The notes under the pieces: generated by a model
What the model was told of the DNA's origin: nothing
The model's database searches: none
The model's input: the letters and a program-made list of their open reading frames with translations, nothing else
Part shown: positions 41,699-51,827 of the stretch, in pieces
How positions within the stretch are numbered: the stretch's first letter is position 1
How the letters are laid out: every line of letters starts with the position of its first letter
Program-made: the position numbers and the translations under genes
Assembly: GCA_965214625.1 (NCBI GenBank)
Contig: OZ243962.1
Location: 1,645,278 to 1,709,277 of the forward strand
Direction: 5' to 3'
DNA from: Candidatus Poriferihabitaceae bacterium
Lineage (GTDB): Bacteria > Pseudomonadota > Gammaproteobacteria > Arenicellales > Poriferihabitantaceae
DNA: 64,000 nucleotides

Positions 41699-43840
41699 TT
41701 AGAAACGACCGTAATAGCCTTCCTTCAAGGCATCGAATAAATTGGCAGCGGTATGGGTTTCTCCATCGTATTCGATTTCTTCATTTCCCTTGACTTCAAT
41801 GGTTTTTCCATCGTCCAGCGTAAATTTATACAGGGTGTTTTCCAGATCATCGTCCTTGACCAGCACCCCTTGGAAAACCTCTGGATTGAACCGAAAAGTG
41901 GTACAGCCCTTTAATCCCTGCTCCCAGGCGTACTGGTAGATGTCCTGAAAGTCGGAGAACGGAAAATCCGTTGGCACATTCGCCGTTTTGGAGATCGACG
42001 AATCAATCCATTTCTGTGCCGCCGCCTGAACATCAACATGCTGCTGGGGCGTGATGTCGTCCGCGCTGACAAAATAATCCGGTAATGCGGTTTCTTTTTT
42101 TTCAGCACCGGGCTCGGCATGCGGGTTCACCCAATATCGGTATGCCAATAACTCATAAGAAAACACATCCACTTTTTCTTTGGTTTTCCGGCCCTCACGA
42201 ATCACGTTGCGACTGTACATGTGCGCGAACGAGGGCTCTATGCCGTTGCTCACATTGTTTGCCAAAGAAAGGCTAATGGTGCCCGTAGGCGCAATCGAGG
42301 TATGATGGGTATAGCGGCAACCCTTGGTTGCGACCGCGTTTTGCAGCTCCACCGGGAATTGCTGCATATAGCGACTATATTTCCCCATGAGCACGGAACC
42401 GGTCACCTTTTCCCCTATTCGATAGCCATCTTCCGCCATTTCGGGACGCAAGGCGAGCATTTTTGCGGTGACGGCATATTCTTTCGCCAACACCGGCGCA
42501 ATGCCCTTTTCTTCTGCAAGCTCAATGCCGACTTCCCAGCCAACAAGTGCCATTTCCTTGGCGACACGTTCGGTAAAAGCCAGCGATTCGTCGCTGCCGT
42601 ATTTTATCTTCAACATGGTCAAGGTGGAGCCAAGACCCAAAAACCCCATCCCATGGCGACGTTTTGAGAGGATTTCTTCTTGCTGCTCGTCCAATGGTAG
42701 GCCATTGATCTCGACCACGTTATCCAGCATTCTGGAAAATATGGCCACGACTTCGCGATATTTATGCCAGTCAAACCGGGCGATGTCGGTGAACGGATTG
42801 TCGACAAATTTGGTCAGATTGACCGAACCGAGCAAGCAGGCACCATAGGGTGGCAGCGGTTGCTCCCCACAAGGGTTGGTTGCCCGAATATCCTCACAAA
42901 ACCAGTTGTTGTTCATCTCGTTGATGCGGTCGACGAGAATGAAGCCGGGTTCCGCATAGTTATAGGTCGACTGCATGATCAGGCCCCACAACCGTTTGGC
43001 AGGGATGGTGTTGTAAACCCGGCAGGCAACCTGCCCCAGGTCATTGGTTGTATAGTTGCGGTCCGTAGCCCAGTACCGCCAGACGATCTCATGCTCTCCA
43101 CTGTCAATTTCATGTTGGGTCGCGGGGAACGACAAGTTCCACTCCGTATCCTCTTTGACGGCCTGCATGAATTCGTCGGTAATCAAGCAGGACAGATTAA
43201 ACTGACGAAGTCGCCCGTCCTTGCGTTTGGCACGGATAAACTCGAGTATATCGGGGTGGGAGATATCAAATGTCCCCATTTGTGCGCCTCGTCGTCCACC
43301 GGCTGACGACACGGTAAAGCACATTGAATCAAAAATATCCATAAATGAAAGCGGGCCGGAAGTATAAGCACCGGCACCACTGACAAAAGCGCCTTTGGGA
43401 CGCAATGTCGAAAATTCATAGCCGATCCCGCAGCCCGCCTTAAGGGTCAGCCCGGCTTCATGGAGCGACACCAGGACGCCGTCCATGGAATCGGGAATCG
43501 TTTTTGAAACGGTACAGTTGATCGTGCTCGTTGCCGGCTTGTGCTCGTAGGCCCCTGCATTGGAAGTGATGCGACCGGCAGGGATGGCACCATTTTGTAA
43601 TGCCCAAGCGAACTTGTCATACCAGAACCGTCTTTTTTCCTCTGTGGCCTCAACGTTGACCAATGCGCTAGCCACTCGACGATAGGTGTCGGTGATATCA
43701 CGATCAACCGGCTCCCCTTTCATCGTCTTCAACCGGTATTTCTTATCCCAAATATCAAGCGATGCGGGCTGTAACGCGATGTCGTCCAGGGAAACCGTAC
43801 TGTTAACACTGTTCTTTTTGTTTTCGGCAGTGCTAGCCAT
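41699..43840 (-). CDS. nrdJa: adenosylcobalamin-dependent (class II) ribonucleotide reductase, large N-terminal polypeptide (NrdJa)
   Basis: The 713-aa ORF shows TNPCGEQPLPPYGACLLGS (catalytic Cys loop) and the RNR barrel motifs. Confidence 0.9.
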   Translation of the reverse strand: MASTAENKKNSVNSTVSLDDIALQPASLDIWDKKYRLKTMKGEPVDRDITDTYRRVASALVNVEATEEKRRFWYDKFAWALQNGAIPAGRITSNAGAYEHKPATSTINCTVSKTIPDSMDGVLVSLHEAGLTLKAGCGIGYEFSTLRPKGAFVSGAGAYTSGPLSFMDIFDSMCFTVSSAGGRRGAQMGTFDISHPDILEFIRAKRKDGRLRQFNLSCLITDEFMQAVKEDTEWNLSFPATQHEIDSGEHEIVWRYWATDRNYTTNDLGQVACRVYNTIPAKRLWGLIMQSTYNYAEPGFILVDRINEMNNNWFCEDIRATNPCGEQPLPPYGACLLGSVNLTKFVDNPFTDIARFDWHKYREVVAIFSRMLDNVVEINGLPLDEQQEEILSKRRHGMGFLGLGSTLTMLKIKYGSDESLAFTERVAKEMALVGWEVGIELAEEKGIAPVLAKEYAVTAKMLALRPEMAEDGYRIGEKVTGSVLMGKYSRYMQQFPVELQNAVATKGCRYTHHTSIAPTGTISLSLANNVSNGIEPSFAHMYSRNVIREGRKTKEKVDVFSYELLAYRYWVNPHAEPGAEKKETALPDYFVSADDITPQQHVDVQAAAQKWIDSSISKTANVPTDFPFSDFQDIYQYAWEQGLKGCTTFRFNPEVFQGVLVKDDDLENTLYKFTLDDGKTIEVKGNEEIEYDGETHTAANLFDALKEGYYGRF

Positions 43841-44045
43841 TATTCCTTGACCGTTGGTTTTTTGGCATGTGGTTTTTTGGTGTGTCTTTCAGTCCCGTCA
43901 ATTAACTTTATCCCTGTTCCCCATCGACGACCAACACGAGGTAATTTCGCATGGACTCTCTCGCTTGAACAGATATATCGACATCCGATCGGCATTAACT
44001 TGCACGTGTCGCTACTTTACTAGATATCCAAGATTTGTTCAACGC

Positions 44046-44430
44046 TCAGATTGCGAGTGAGCATGTCAACTCTGGAGAGAGTGAGTCTTTTCCAATCCAG
44101 AGATGAGTCTGAAAGTGTCTGTTTTTCCATGGATTATTTAACGGCTTTTCCATAGCGTCACTCAGAAGGATTGATACGATGTCAAGGGCTTCGGCGTATG
44201 ATTCATGATGCCGTGCTTTCGCTGACCAGGCGGCGTGGTTTCGGGTAGAGTGAAAAGGTGGAAGCCACGTGTCCCGCGCGTTATTGACCTGTCGGGCGGC
44301 GGCAGGTTGTCCCGGATCCACTGATAGGCCGCTTCGCGGGACGGGGGTTCAAAATCGAAGGGGGTGGCACCGGTCAGGAACGCGCGGATCTCCTCCACCG
44401 TCTGTCAACGTGGGCGGTACCATTTCAAAA
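44046..44430 (-). pseudogene. decayed N-terminal fragment of a DDE-type integrase/transposase
   Basis: Two overlapping frames (ORFs 44162..44398 and 44046..44321) together read TVEEIRAFLTGATPFDFEPPSREAAYQWIRDNL... then ...YAEALDIVSILLSDAMEKPLNNPWK. This resembles the N-terminal HTH part of a widespread DDE integrase family as I recall it. No catalytic core follows. Confidence 0.45.
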
Positions 44431-44548
44431 TCATTCTCCGATGATCCCAAAATCGCCGCCTTAAGGCTCATTTCTCATTGGACAAGACTTATTATTTTTT
44501 GATGGATGGCGAAGTGCAACAATACGGGTTTCTCTGATTTTGCGCGCT

Positions 44549-45370
44549 ATGTTTGAAATGTTTTTGAGTTTGAAATTGAACGTCAAGTGGGTGGTCGTTT
44601 TTCTGATGGTGATCGGTCTGATCTCGCCGGGTTCCCATGCGGATGACATGGTGGGGAAGGCCTTTCGGGATTGCGCGGTTTGCCCCGAGATGGTCGTCGT
44701 TCCGCCGGGTTCATTCAAGATGGGCTCTAATGACAGTGATTATGATTATGATACTGAGCAACCGGTGCATAAAGTGACCCCAGCACATCCGTTGGCGGTG
44801 GGGAAGTATGAAATCACGTTTTCCCAATGGGATGCCTGCATGTCGGAGGGTGGATGTTCGCAGAACCCGTTCGATTTCTGGGGTCGTGGGAATCGTCCGG
44901 TGATCTTTGTCAATTGGAATGATGTACAGGAGTATGTGCGGTGGTTAGGGCGAAAGACGGGCCAGCGTTATCGATTATTGAGTGAGGCGGAATGGGAGTA
45001 TGTGGCGCGGGCGGGCACGCAGACGGAATATCACACGGGCGACCGGATTACCACGGATCAGGCTAATTTCAAAGGGGATGTTTATCGCGAACAGACCGTT
45101 CCGGTGGGCCGTTTACCGGCCAATGATTTTGGGTTACACGATGTGCATGGCAACGTAACGGAGTGGGTGGAGGACTGTTACCATAAACGTTACGATGGCG
45201 CGCCAACGAACGGTAGTGCGTGGACTACTGGAGAGTGTCGCAACCGCGTGGTGCGCGGTGGCTCCTGGACCAACCTTCCGGAGGCCCTGCGTTCCGCCTA
45301 TCGCTTCGGGTTTTCGGGCGGTCGGTACGGCAACCTTGGGTTCCGCGTGGCCCGGACGCTCACTCCGTGA
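44549..45370 (+). CDS. secreted formylglycine-generating-enzyme (FGE-sulfatase / SUMF1) domain protein
   Basis: ORF 44540..45370. It has a signal peptide (VVVFLMVIGLISPGSHA). Motifs are PVIFVNWNDVQEYVRWL, LLSEAEWEYVARAG, HGNVTEWVEDCY, RVVRGGSW and LGFRVARTL. Confidence 0.85.
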   Translation: MFEMFLSLKLNVKWVVVFLMVIGLISPGSHADDMVGKAFRDCAVCPEMVVVPPGSFKMGSNDSDYDYDTEQPVHKVTPAHPLAVGKYEITFSQWDACMSEGGCSQNPFDFWGRGNRPVIFVNWNDVQEYVRWLGRKTGQRYRLLSEAEWEYVARAGTQTEYHTGDRITTDQANFKGDVYREQTVPVGRLPANDFGLHDVHGNVTEWVEDCYHKRYDGAPTNGSAWTTGECRNRVVRGGSWTNLPEALRSAYRFGFSGGRYGNLGFRVARTLTP

Positions 45371-45684
45371 CTCTTCACTTCTTTACTTCGGGGGGGTCCA
45401 GGGGGCAAGGTCCTTGGCGAGTCATCTCGCGCGCGCCTTCTGGGTATCGAGAAATTGTGGGTTTTCTTTCGTATGGCCTGGGAGTTGCGGTTTCTGGATT
45501 TCAGGCGCTCTCAGCAGGCGCAAGCGGGACGATATCGGGCGTCCATAGTCTCCAACCCACGGCCACAAGCCAAGATTCGAGTGTGTCGCATTGCAGGGGG
45601 CATCACTGGGGGAGTGGCGTTCTTAACAGTGCCGAAGCATGAGGCACCGGCGGCGGGTTTGCCGGGCTGACAGCTGAAAGCCGC

Positions 45685-46698
45685 TCATTTCAAAATCGCC
45701 AGCACCTTGTCGGGGGTCAACTGGTGGAGGCAGTTTGTATGGCCAAGCGGACAATGTCGCTTGAAGCAGGGACGGCAGTCGAGATCCAGGCCCAGGCGAT
45801 GCGAATTATCAGCCAGCGGCGGAGTGAACGTGTCCGAGGTCGACCCATAGATCGCGATGACGTGACCGCCGGTTGCCGCCGCGATATGCATCAGCCCCGA
45901 GTCATTGGTCACCACATGTCGGGCAAGCGAGATCAAATCGACGACGTCATCGAGTGCCGTATTGCCGACCAGATTGACGCAGCAGTGATTGCTGAGCATA
46001 CCGATTTCTTGTGCGATCGGTGTTTCCTTGTGTGAACCCAATAACCACACCTGCCAGCCCTGTGCGGTCTTGGCTTTTGCCACCTCAGCAAAGTAAGCGG
46101 CAGGCCACTGCTTTGCCGGGCCATATTCCGCACCGGGACACAGCGCAACAATCGGCACCGTGGTATTCAAGCGGAATCGAGCCGACAATTGCCGTATTCG
46201 GTCCGGGTCAACCACCAGGCGGGGGAACGGCGGTTCCAGGGGCATCGTCGATTTGCTGGGTCGACCCAAAGAAACATAGCGTTGTACGTTAAGCGGCATC
46301 GCGACCTTGTCGAGCTTGCGGATATCATTGAGTAACCCGTATCGCTGCTCCCCTACAAATCCGGTGCGTTTCGGAATGCCCGCCAGCCAGGGAATCAACG
46401 CCGATTTGAATGATCCGGGCAATACAATGGCCTGATCGATGCCCCGGCGACGCAGCGACCGGGCTAATCGATAGCGCTCTTTCCAGTGAAACGAGCCGTG
46501 CCCCGCTGACAGGGTCATGACGGCATCTACTTCAGGCATTCGCCGCAGCAAGGGCGTGCTCCAGTCCGGCGCCACAACCGTCACATGGCTGCCGGGTGAT
46601 TGCTGCTTGAGCGCCAGGTACAGACTCTGCGCCATCACGATGTCGCCAATCCAGGCAGGGCTGATAACGAGCACGCGTCTGTTTGATGTCGTTGTCAT
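45685..46698 (-). CDS. waaF: ADP-heptose:LPS heptosyltransferase II
   Basis: The 337-aa ORF shows RVLVISPAWIGDIVMAQSL, a GT9 fold pattern and NDSGLMHIAAA. Confidence 0.9.
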   Translation of the reverse strand: MTTTSNRRVLVISPAWIGDIVMAQSLYLALKQQSPGSHVTVVAPDWSTPLLRRMPEVDAVMTLSAGHGSFHWKERYRLARSLRRRGIDQAIVLPGSFKSALIPWLAGIPKRTGFVGEQRYGLLNDIRKLDKVAMPLNVQRYVSLGRPSKSTMPLEPPFPRLVVDPDRIRQLSARFRLNTTVPIVALCPGAEYGPAKQWPAAYFAEVAKAKTAQGWQVWLLGSHKETPIAQEIGMLSNHCCVNLVGNTALDDVVDLISLARHVVTNDSGLMHIAAATGGHVIAIYGSTSDTFTPPLADNSHRLGLDLDCRPCFKRHCPLGHTNCLHQLTPDKVLAILK

Positions 46699-46803
46699 AG
46701 CAATAGTGGGCCAAACCGGATCTGATCAAGGGTCATGTGTCAGTCGTTACCGTGTGGTCCTCGACACGACAATGGCAACCGAGCGGACAACTAACGGATT
46801 GGA

Positions 46804-47025
46804 CTAGTGCGAAGACTCAACGGGTTCTTTGAGGAGATAGATCGTGCCGCAGTAGGGACACACTTCGTGGCCACTTTCTTCGATGGGTAAATATACTTTC
46901 GGGTGGGAGTCCCACAAACGGGTACCGGGCAGGGGACAATGTAAAGGCAAATCAGCGGCCGTCACCTCAACGCGTCGGTGTGCATTGGGTTGATCGGTGT
47001 TTTTCTCCGAGGGTAGTGTGTTCAT
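46804..47025 (-). CDS. small zinc-finger (zf-CHCC-like) protein
   Basis: The 73-aa ORF shows LHCP...VCPYCGTIY. It occupies a conserved position between waaF and ilvE. Confidence 0.65.
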   Translation of the reverse strand: MNTLPSEKNTDQPNAHRRVEVTAADLPLHCPLPGTRLWDSHPKVYLPIEESGHEVCPYCGTIYLLKEPVESSH

Positions 47026-47047
47026 CGGTTCATGACTCGCGTTGGCG

Positions 47048-47968
47048 TTAAATATAGGTCAACCAGTCTTCATAGTCAGCAATTCGGCCGTGCACGACAT
47101 CAAAAAAACGACGCTGGAGCTTTTCCGTAATCGGTCCACGCCTTCCGTTTCCAATTTGTCGGTTATCCAGTTCCCGGATAGGCGTCACCTCCGCGGCGGT
47201 CCCGGTGAAAAAGGCCTCATCACAAATATAGATTTCATCCCGGGTGATCCGTCGTTCTATCAACGCCAATCCCTCATCGGCAATCAGGCGAATAAGGGTC
47301 TTTCGAGTGATTCCATCCAGTGCGGAAGTCAGGTCCGGGGTATACACCACGCCCTCTTTGATGACAAACAGGTTTTCCCCGCTCCCTTCCATGACAAACC
47401 CGCTGGTATCCAGCAGCAGCGCTTCGTCATAACCCGTATCAAGTGCCTCCTGTAACGCCAGCATGGAGTTGATGTAGTGTCCATTTGCCTTGGCGCGACA
47501 CATGCTGACGTTGACATGATGGCGGGTATAGGAAGATACCCGCACACGGATCCCCTGTTCCATATTCTCCTCGCCCAGATAAGCCCCCCACTCCCAGGCG
47601 GCCACCGACAGATGTGTCTCGAGGTTGTCAGCGCGAAGCCCCATGCCTTCCGAGCCATAAAAGGCCATCGGTCGCAGATAGGCGGATCGAAGCTGATTCT
47701 GTCGCAAGACATCGACTTGGGCACGGGAAATGGTTGCTGCATCGTAGGGGATTTTCATGCCCAGGATGTGGGCCGAGTTCAGCAGCCGCTGGGTATGTTC
47801 CGCCAAACGGAAAATTGCGGTGCCTTTGTCCGTTTCATAGGCCCGCACACCTTCAAAGACCCCCAGGCCATAGTGTAACGTATGTGTCAGCACGTGAATT
47901 TTGGCCTCTCGCCAGGGCACCATCACCCCATCCATCCATATTACGCCCTCTCGATTGCTGAAAGACAT
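47048..47968 (-). CDS. ilvE: branched-chain-amino-acid aminotransferase
   Basis: The 306-aa ORF shows HYGLGVFEGVRAY, KANGHYINSMLA and EGSGENLF. Confidence 0.95.
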   Translation of the reverse strand: MSFSNREGVIWMDGVMVPWREAKIHVLTHTLHYGLGVFEGVRAYETDKGTAIFRLAEHTQRLLNSAHILGMKIPYDAATISRAQVDVLRQNQLRSAYLRPMAFYGSEGMGLRADNLETHLSVAAWEWGAYLGEENMEQGIRVRVSSYTRHHVNVSMCRAKANGHYINSMLALQEALDTGYDEALLLDTSGFVMEGSGENLFVIKEGVVYTPDLTSALDGITRKTLIRLIADEGLALIERRITRDEIYICDEAFFTGTAAEVTPIRELDNRQIGNGRRGPITEKLQRRFFDVVHGRIADYEDWLTYI

Positions 47969-48029
47969 TGCATTGCTCCAAGATTGAACCGGCCATCAAG
48001 ACACTAGATAATTCACATTGATTCTCATG

Positions 48030-50906
48030 TCAACCGAAAGTCTCGGCCCAGATCGACTTTATCGCTTCACGTGATGGTTGCAAGTCCTGCTGGTCCACCA
48101 CGACGGGCGAGTCCATGAGCTTGAGATCCAGCGATCGCCGCAGATAGGTGCGATAGGTCTCCATAAGCGTGTCGCCCGTCGATTTTGAAATGATGCCACA
48201 TTGGACCAGTACGCGCACCGAATCAGTCGTCGTTCTGGGGGCCACCAACTGGGGCATTTTATGGGCATCTCGTAAGACCCAGTATTGAATCAGGAATTCA
48301 ATATCGACGATGCCGCCTTTGTCCAGCTTGATGTCGTACACCCGGTCGGTTGACTGGCAGTTGGCATCGATCATTTTCTGGCGCATCACGATCACGTCCT
48401 GTTTCAACTGATCCGGATCGCGTTGCAGGCAGAGTATCTCTGATCGCGCCTTCTCGAAATGTTCCATAAAGTGCGCATCCCCGACCACCGCCCGGGCGCG
48501 GACCAGGGCTTGATGTTCCCAGGTCCAGGCGCTTTTCAATTGATAGTCAATGAACCCCGCCAGGGAGGTCACCAGAATCCCGCTTTGACCGTTGGGTCGC
48601 AACCGCATATCCAGCTCATACAACCGGCCGGCATAGGTCCGCGTTGTTAACAGCCGGATCAACCGACGGGCAACGAGGCTGTAAAAATATTCTGCGTCGG
48701 ATTTTTTGTGCGTGGTCTGCCGGTCTTGCTGCTCGAAACAAAGCACGATATCCAAATCCGAATGATAGCCCAGCTCCTGACTGGCGAATTTGCCGTAGGC
48801 AATCACACCGGCCCCAAATCCACGAATCTGTTGTTTGTTGCGGACAATGGTCACCGCATGGTCAAAAGCATGCTGCAACAGAATCTCGGCGAGTTGAGTC
48901 AGTGAAAAGTGGACATCTTCCACCTCAAGCAATTGAAGCACATCCGCAGCCGCTATCCGCAGCACATGGGCATGATGGAATTCTCGCAAGGCATTGAGTC
49001 TTTCCTCTTCCTCATCATCTTCAAATTGCAACAAATGATTGGTCAACTCGAACTGTAACTCAGAACGATGACGACAGGACGCGTCGGTAATCGGGTTGAG
49101 CAACTCGTCCAAAATAACCGGGTGCTGTCCGATGTACTGTGAAATCCATGGGCTGGCTGCGCAAAGATGCAACAGTTGTTTGAGCGCCAGCGGATTTTCG
49201 ATCAGCAGACTGAGATAAACCGACCGACGGCCAATGGATTCCAGCACCCCGATGAAGGCACTGATCGCCCGCTCGGTATCCAGATGATTGGCGGCTTCCT
49301 TGATCGCGGACGGGATCAGGCGATCAATCCGCTCCCTGTCCTCGTTCGAAAAGGCCTGATAGAGGCGTCCTTCTGCAAACTGATGCAACAGCTTGAAGAC
49401 CGGCCCGTGTCCGCCCTCCTCCCCGGCGGTTGTTTGTTTCTCGTCAGGCAAATACCGGCTCAATGCGTCCAGCCAATCACTTCTGAGCGCACTGGGTGCA
49501 GCCGACCTGCCGATTTCCTTGGAGACCGGGTCCTTGTTGGATTCGAGGATCATTTCGAATTTTTCCTGGACCACCGATCGATGACGATGCAGCGCCTTGA
49601 GATAGGATTCCCACTGATCAAATCCCATGCTCCATGCAAGCCGGAGCCGGTCGTCGTTCGCCTGTGGCAGCCGTTGTGTCTGCCTGTCCGACACCATTTG
49701 CAAACGATGTTCCGAGTTTCTCAAAAAGCGGTAGCTCTTTATCAGTTGATCCCTGTCTTGCGATTCAATGATCCCCAGATCAACCAGCACGGAGAAAGCC
49801 CGATATAAAGAGGGTGTTTGTAACAAGGCCTCCCGCCCACCACGAATGAGCTGATGGCTCTGCACCAGGAATTCAATTTCACGAATACCGCCCCAGCCCA
49901 GCTTGATATCATCTTCGATGCCTTTTTCCTTTAATTTCTGTTGAATCATCCGTTTTAATTCCCGGATGGCGTCGTAGACCCCAAAATCCAGATATTTTCG
50001 ATAAACAAACGGGATCAGTTTTGCTATCAGTCGCGCCCCGGCCTGGCGGTTTCCCGCGACTACCCGGGCTTTAATCAAGGCATACCGTTCCCAACTGCGT
50101 CCTTGAATCTGGTAGTAACGGTCGATGGCAGGAAAAGACAGCACCAGCGGGCCACTGTTGCCGTTGGGACGTAATCGCATATCGGTCCTGAAAACAAAGC
50201 CATCCATGGTGATGGAATGCAATGCGTTGATCATTTTATGGCCCAGTCGGGTGAAAAATTCCTGATTGCTGAGTGACTTTTGGCGAGCCGCATCCCAAGG
50301 GGCGGTATCCCCCGGTTTCTCATAGGCAAAAATCAGATCAATATCGGAAGAGAAATTCAGCTCCCTGCCGCCCAGCTTGCCCAGCCCGAGCACGATCATC
50401 CGAACGTCATTCCCCTGGTTGTCCTGCGGTTTCCCAAATCGCTTGAACAACCACTTGGAATGAAAGTGCATCGCCTGCTCGATGCAGACATCAGCCAGAG
50501 TTGACACATCCTGCATGGTTTCTTCCAGTTCCGCAAATCCACTCAAATCCCGCCAGGCAATGCGGACCATCTCGCGCATGCGGATTTGACGCAACCGGGC
50601 ATGCAGTTTTTCTTCGTCCTCCACCTCGGCCAGCCGGCGATCGACAGCGCGAGCAAGGTCATTGTCGCCATAGCGACGATCGACATCACCACTGTGGATC
50701 AGGTCAAAAAAAAGCCCCGGTTTTCGAATACAGCTGGTGGCAACAAAACTGCTCGCGGCCCAAAGCGCGGGCAATTCCGGACGTTGCTGGCAGTGCAGCA
50801 CGAATGACTCCGGCCAATCACCCTGGACCGTCGACAGCGCATCTTGAAAACGCTGCCAAAGCATTTCGGATGAGGAACTCAGGCGCTGTGGAACCGAATG
50901 CAGCAT
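48030..50906 (-). CDS. glnE: bifunctional glutamine synthetase adenylyltransferase/adenylyl-removing enzyme
   Basis: The 958-aa ORF has two nucleotidyltransferase repeats (GKLGGRELNFSSDIDLIF and GKFASQELGYHSDLDIVL). Confidence 0.95.
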   Translation of the reverse strand: MLHSVPQRLSSSSEMLWQRFQDALSTVQGDWPESFVLHCQQRPELPALWAASSFVATSCIRKPGLFFDLIHSGDVDRRYGDNDLARAVDRRLAEVEDEEKLHARLRQIRMREMVRIAWRDLSGFAELEETMQDVSTLADVCIEQAMHFHSKWLFKRFGKPQDNQGNDVRMIVLGLGKLGGRELNFSSDIDLIFAYEKPGDTAPWDAARQKSLSNQEFFTRLGHKMINALHSITMDGFVFRTDMRLRPNGNSGPLVLSFPAIDRYYQIQGRSWERYALIKARVVAGNRQAGARLIAKLIPFVYRKYLDFGVYDAIRELKRMIQQKLKEKGIEDDIKLGWGGIREIEFLVQSHQLIRGGREALLQTPSLYRAFSVLVDLGIIESQDRDQLIKSYRFLRNSEHRLQMVSDRQTQRLPQANDDRLRLAWSMGFDQWESYLKALHRHRSVVQEKFEMILESNKDPVSKEIGRSAAPSALRSDWLDALSRYLPDEKQTTAGEEGGHGPVFKLLHQFAEGRLYQAFSNEDRERIDRLIPSAIKEAANHLDTERAISAFIGVLESIGRRSVYLSLLIENPLALKQLLHLCAASPWISQYIGQHPVILDELLNPITDASCRHRSELQFELTNHLLQFEDDEEEERLNALREFHHAHVLRIAAADVLQLLEVEDVHFSLTQLAEILLQHAFDHAVTIVRNKQQIRGFGAGVIAYGKFASQELGYHSDLDIVLCFEQQDRQTTHKKSDAEYFYSLVARRLIRLLTTRTYAGRLYELDMRLRPNGQSGILVTSLAGFIDYQLKSAWTWEHQALVRARAVVGDAHFMEHFEKARSEILCLQRDPDQLKQDVIVMRQKMIDANCQSTDRVYDIKLDKGGIVDIEFLIQYWVLRDAHKMPQLVAPRTTTDSVRVLVQCGIISKSTGDTLMETYRTYLRRSLDLKLMDSPVVVDQQDLQPSREAIKSIWAETFG

Positions 50907-50915
50907 CGCTCGGGG

Positions 50916-51718
50916 TTATATTGACCGTGTTGACGGGCCGCCCTGTGGCGGATTCACTGTCCGGATAAAGTCCATTGCACCGCCCGATCCCCGTTTGCCT
51001 GGCCCGGCTTGCGAAACGGTCCCTTTCCCGTGTGCGGACCACGGCCTTGCGTCGCTGGTCACTGTGTCGATATGTTGCACACAAACCCGGCTGGATGCGG
51101 GCGTTTTGTCGTCCTCACGGGTCGATTGCCAGTCGAATGGGGGCGGATTGTTTCGCATTTCAATCAGATTGAACAGTATTCCCGAATCATACCCCAACTG
51201 AACCAAATAGTCTGTCGCCTGCGTGTCGGTTTCAAAAGCCATGCGCTGTGCCATCACCTCGCACTCAACCGGTCGCCAACCAACGGGCGTGCTGAACCAT
51301 GTCCCCGTGACCCGTGACGGGCAGTGAGATGACCGATTCGATCGCGCGGTACGCCCGCCAATGGCTTTTCTGTCTTGCGGCAGGTCCGCAATCCCCGGGT
51401 GATAGGGACAGACCCGCCGGGCAAGGCAAACGCATTGAGTTGAGGCGAATCACGCAGTGCAAAGGTATAATCAAGGTGATTACGATGGCTTTTGTGAACC
51501 GGCGCCTGCCCGGTATGATTCGCGAGTTGATGGCGTGTCGGGTCACCGTCGGTCGAAGGTTGTTTCCGGGCCGACCGATGGTCGGCCTGACCGAGGCGGT
51601 GTGCGCGCGGCGCGGACAGCCACACCGGATCAGGTTCCCCTGTCACCGGATGGGTTGCGCAATCGGCCAACAGGCCGATGCGCCAGCCATTCCGAGCCAA
51701 GGCGCCGGGTAAAATCAA
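50916..51718 (-). pseudogene. M48-family metallopeptidase, frameshifted and with a degenerate active site
   Basis: ORF 51254..51718 reads ...LNAFALPGGSVPITRGL...LAGVPRDRIGHLTARHG, with DRIGH where HExxH is expected. ORF 50916..51257, in another frame, continues with the C-terminal block (FETDTQATDYLVQLGYD). Confidence 0.6.
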
Positions 51719-51827
51719 TTGACTTGATTTGTTTCATGGATTGCAAGCGTCCTACAATGTGTTCCACCAACAGAAAGTATATGCTCTCGTCGCAACCCTG
51801 TCATGGTTTAAGCCGATTACCGTTCAA

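Noticed and set aside
45190-45684. Diversity-generating retroelement (VR in the FGE-domain protein C-terminus, TR downstream)
   Set aside because: No sequence in the adjacent 1 kb or elsewhere in the window resembles the 45230-45370 segment. No reverse transcriptase ORF exists in the window. Several candidate variable codons are not of the NNC type expected from AAC mutagenesis (ggg, ttt, tcg, cgg).
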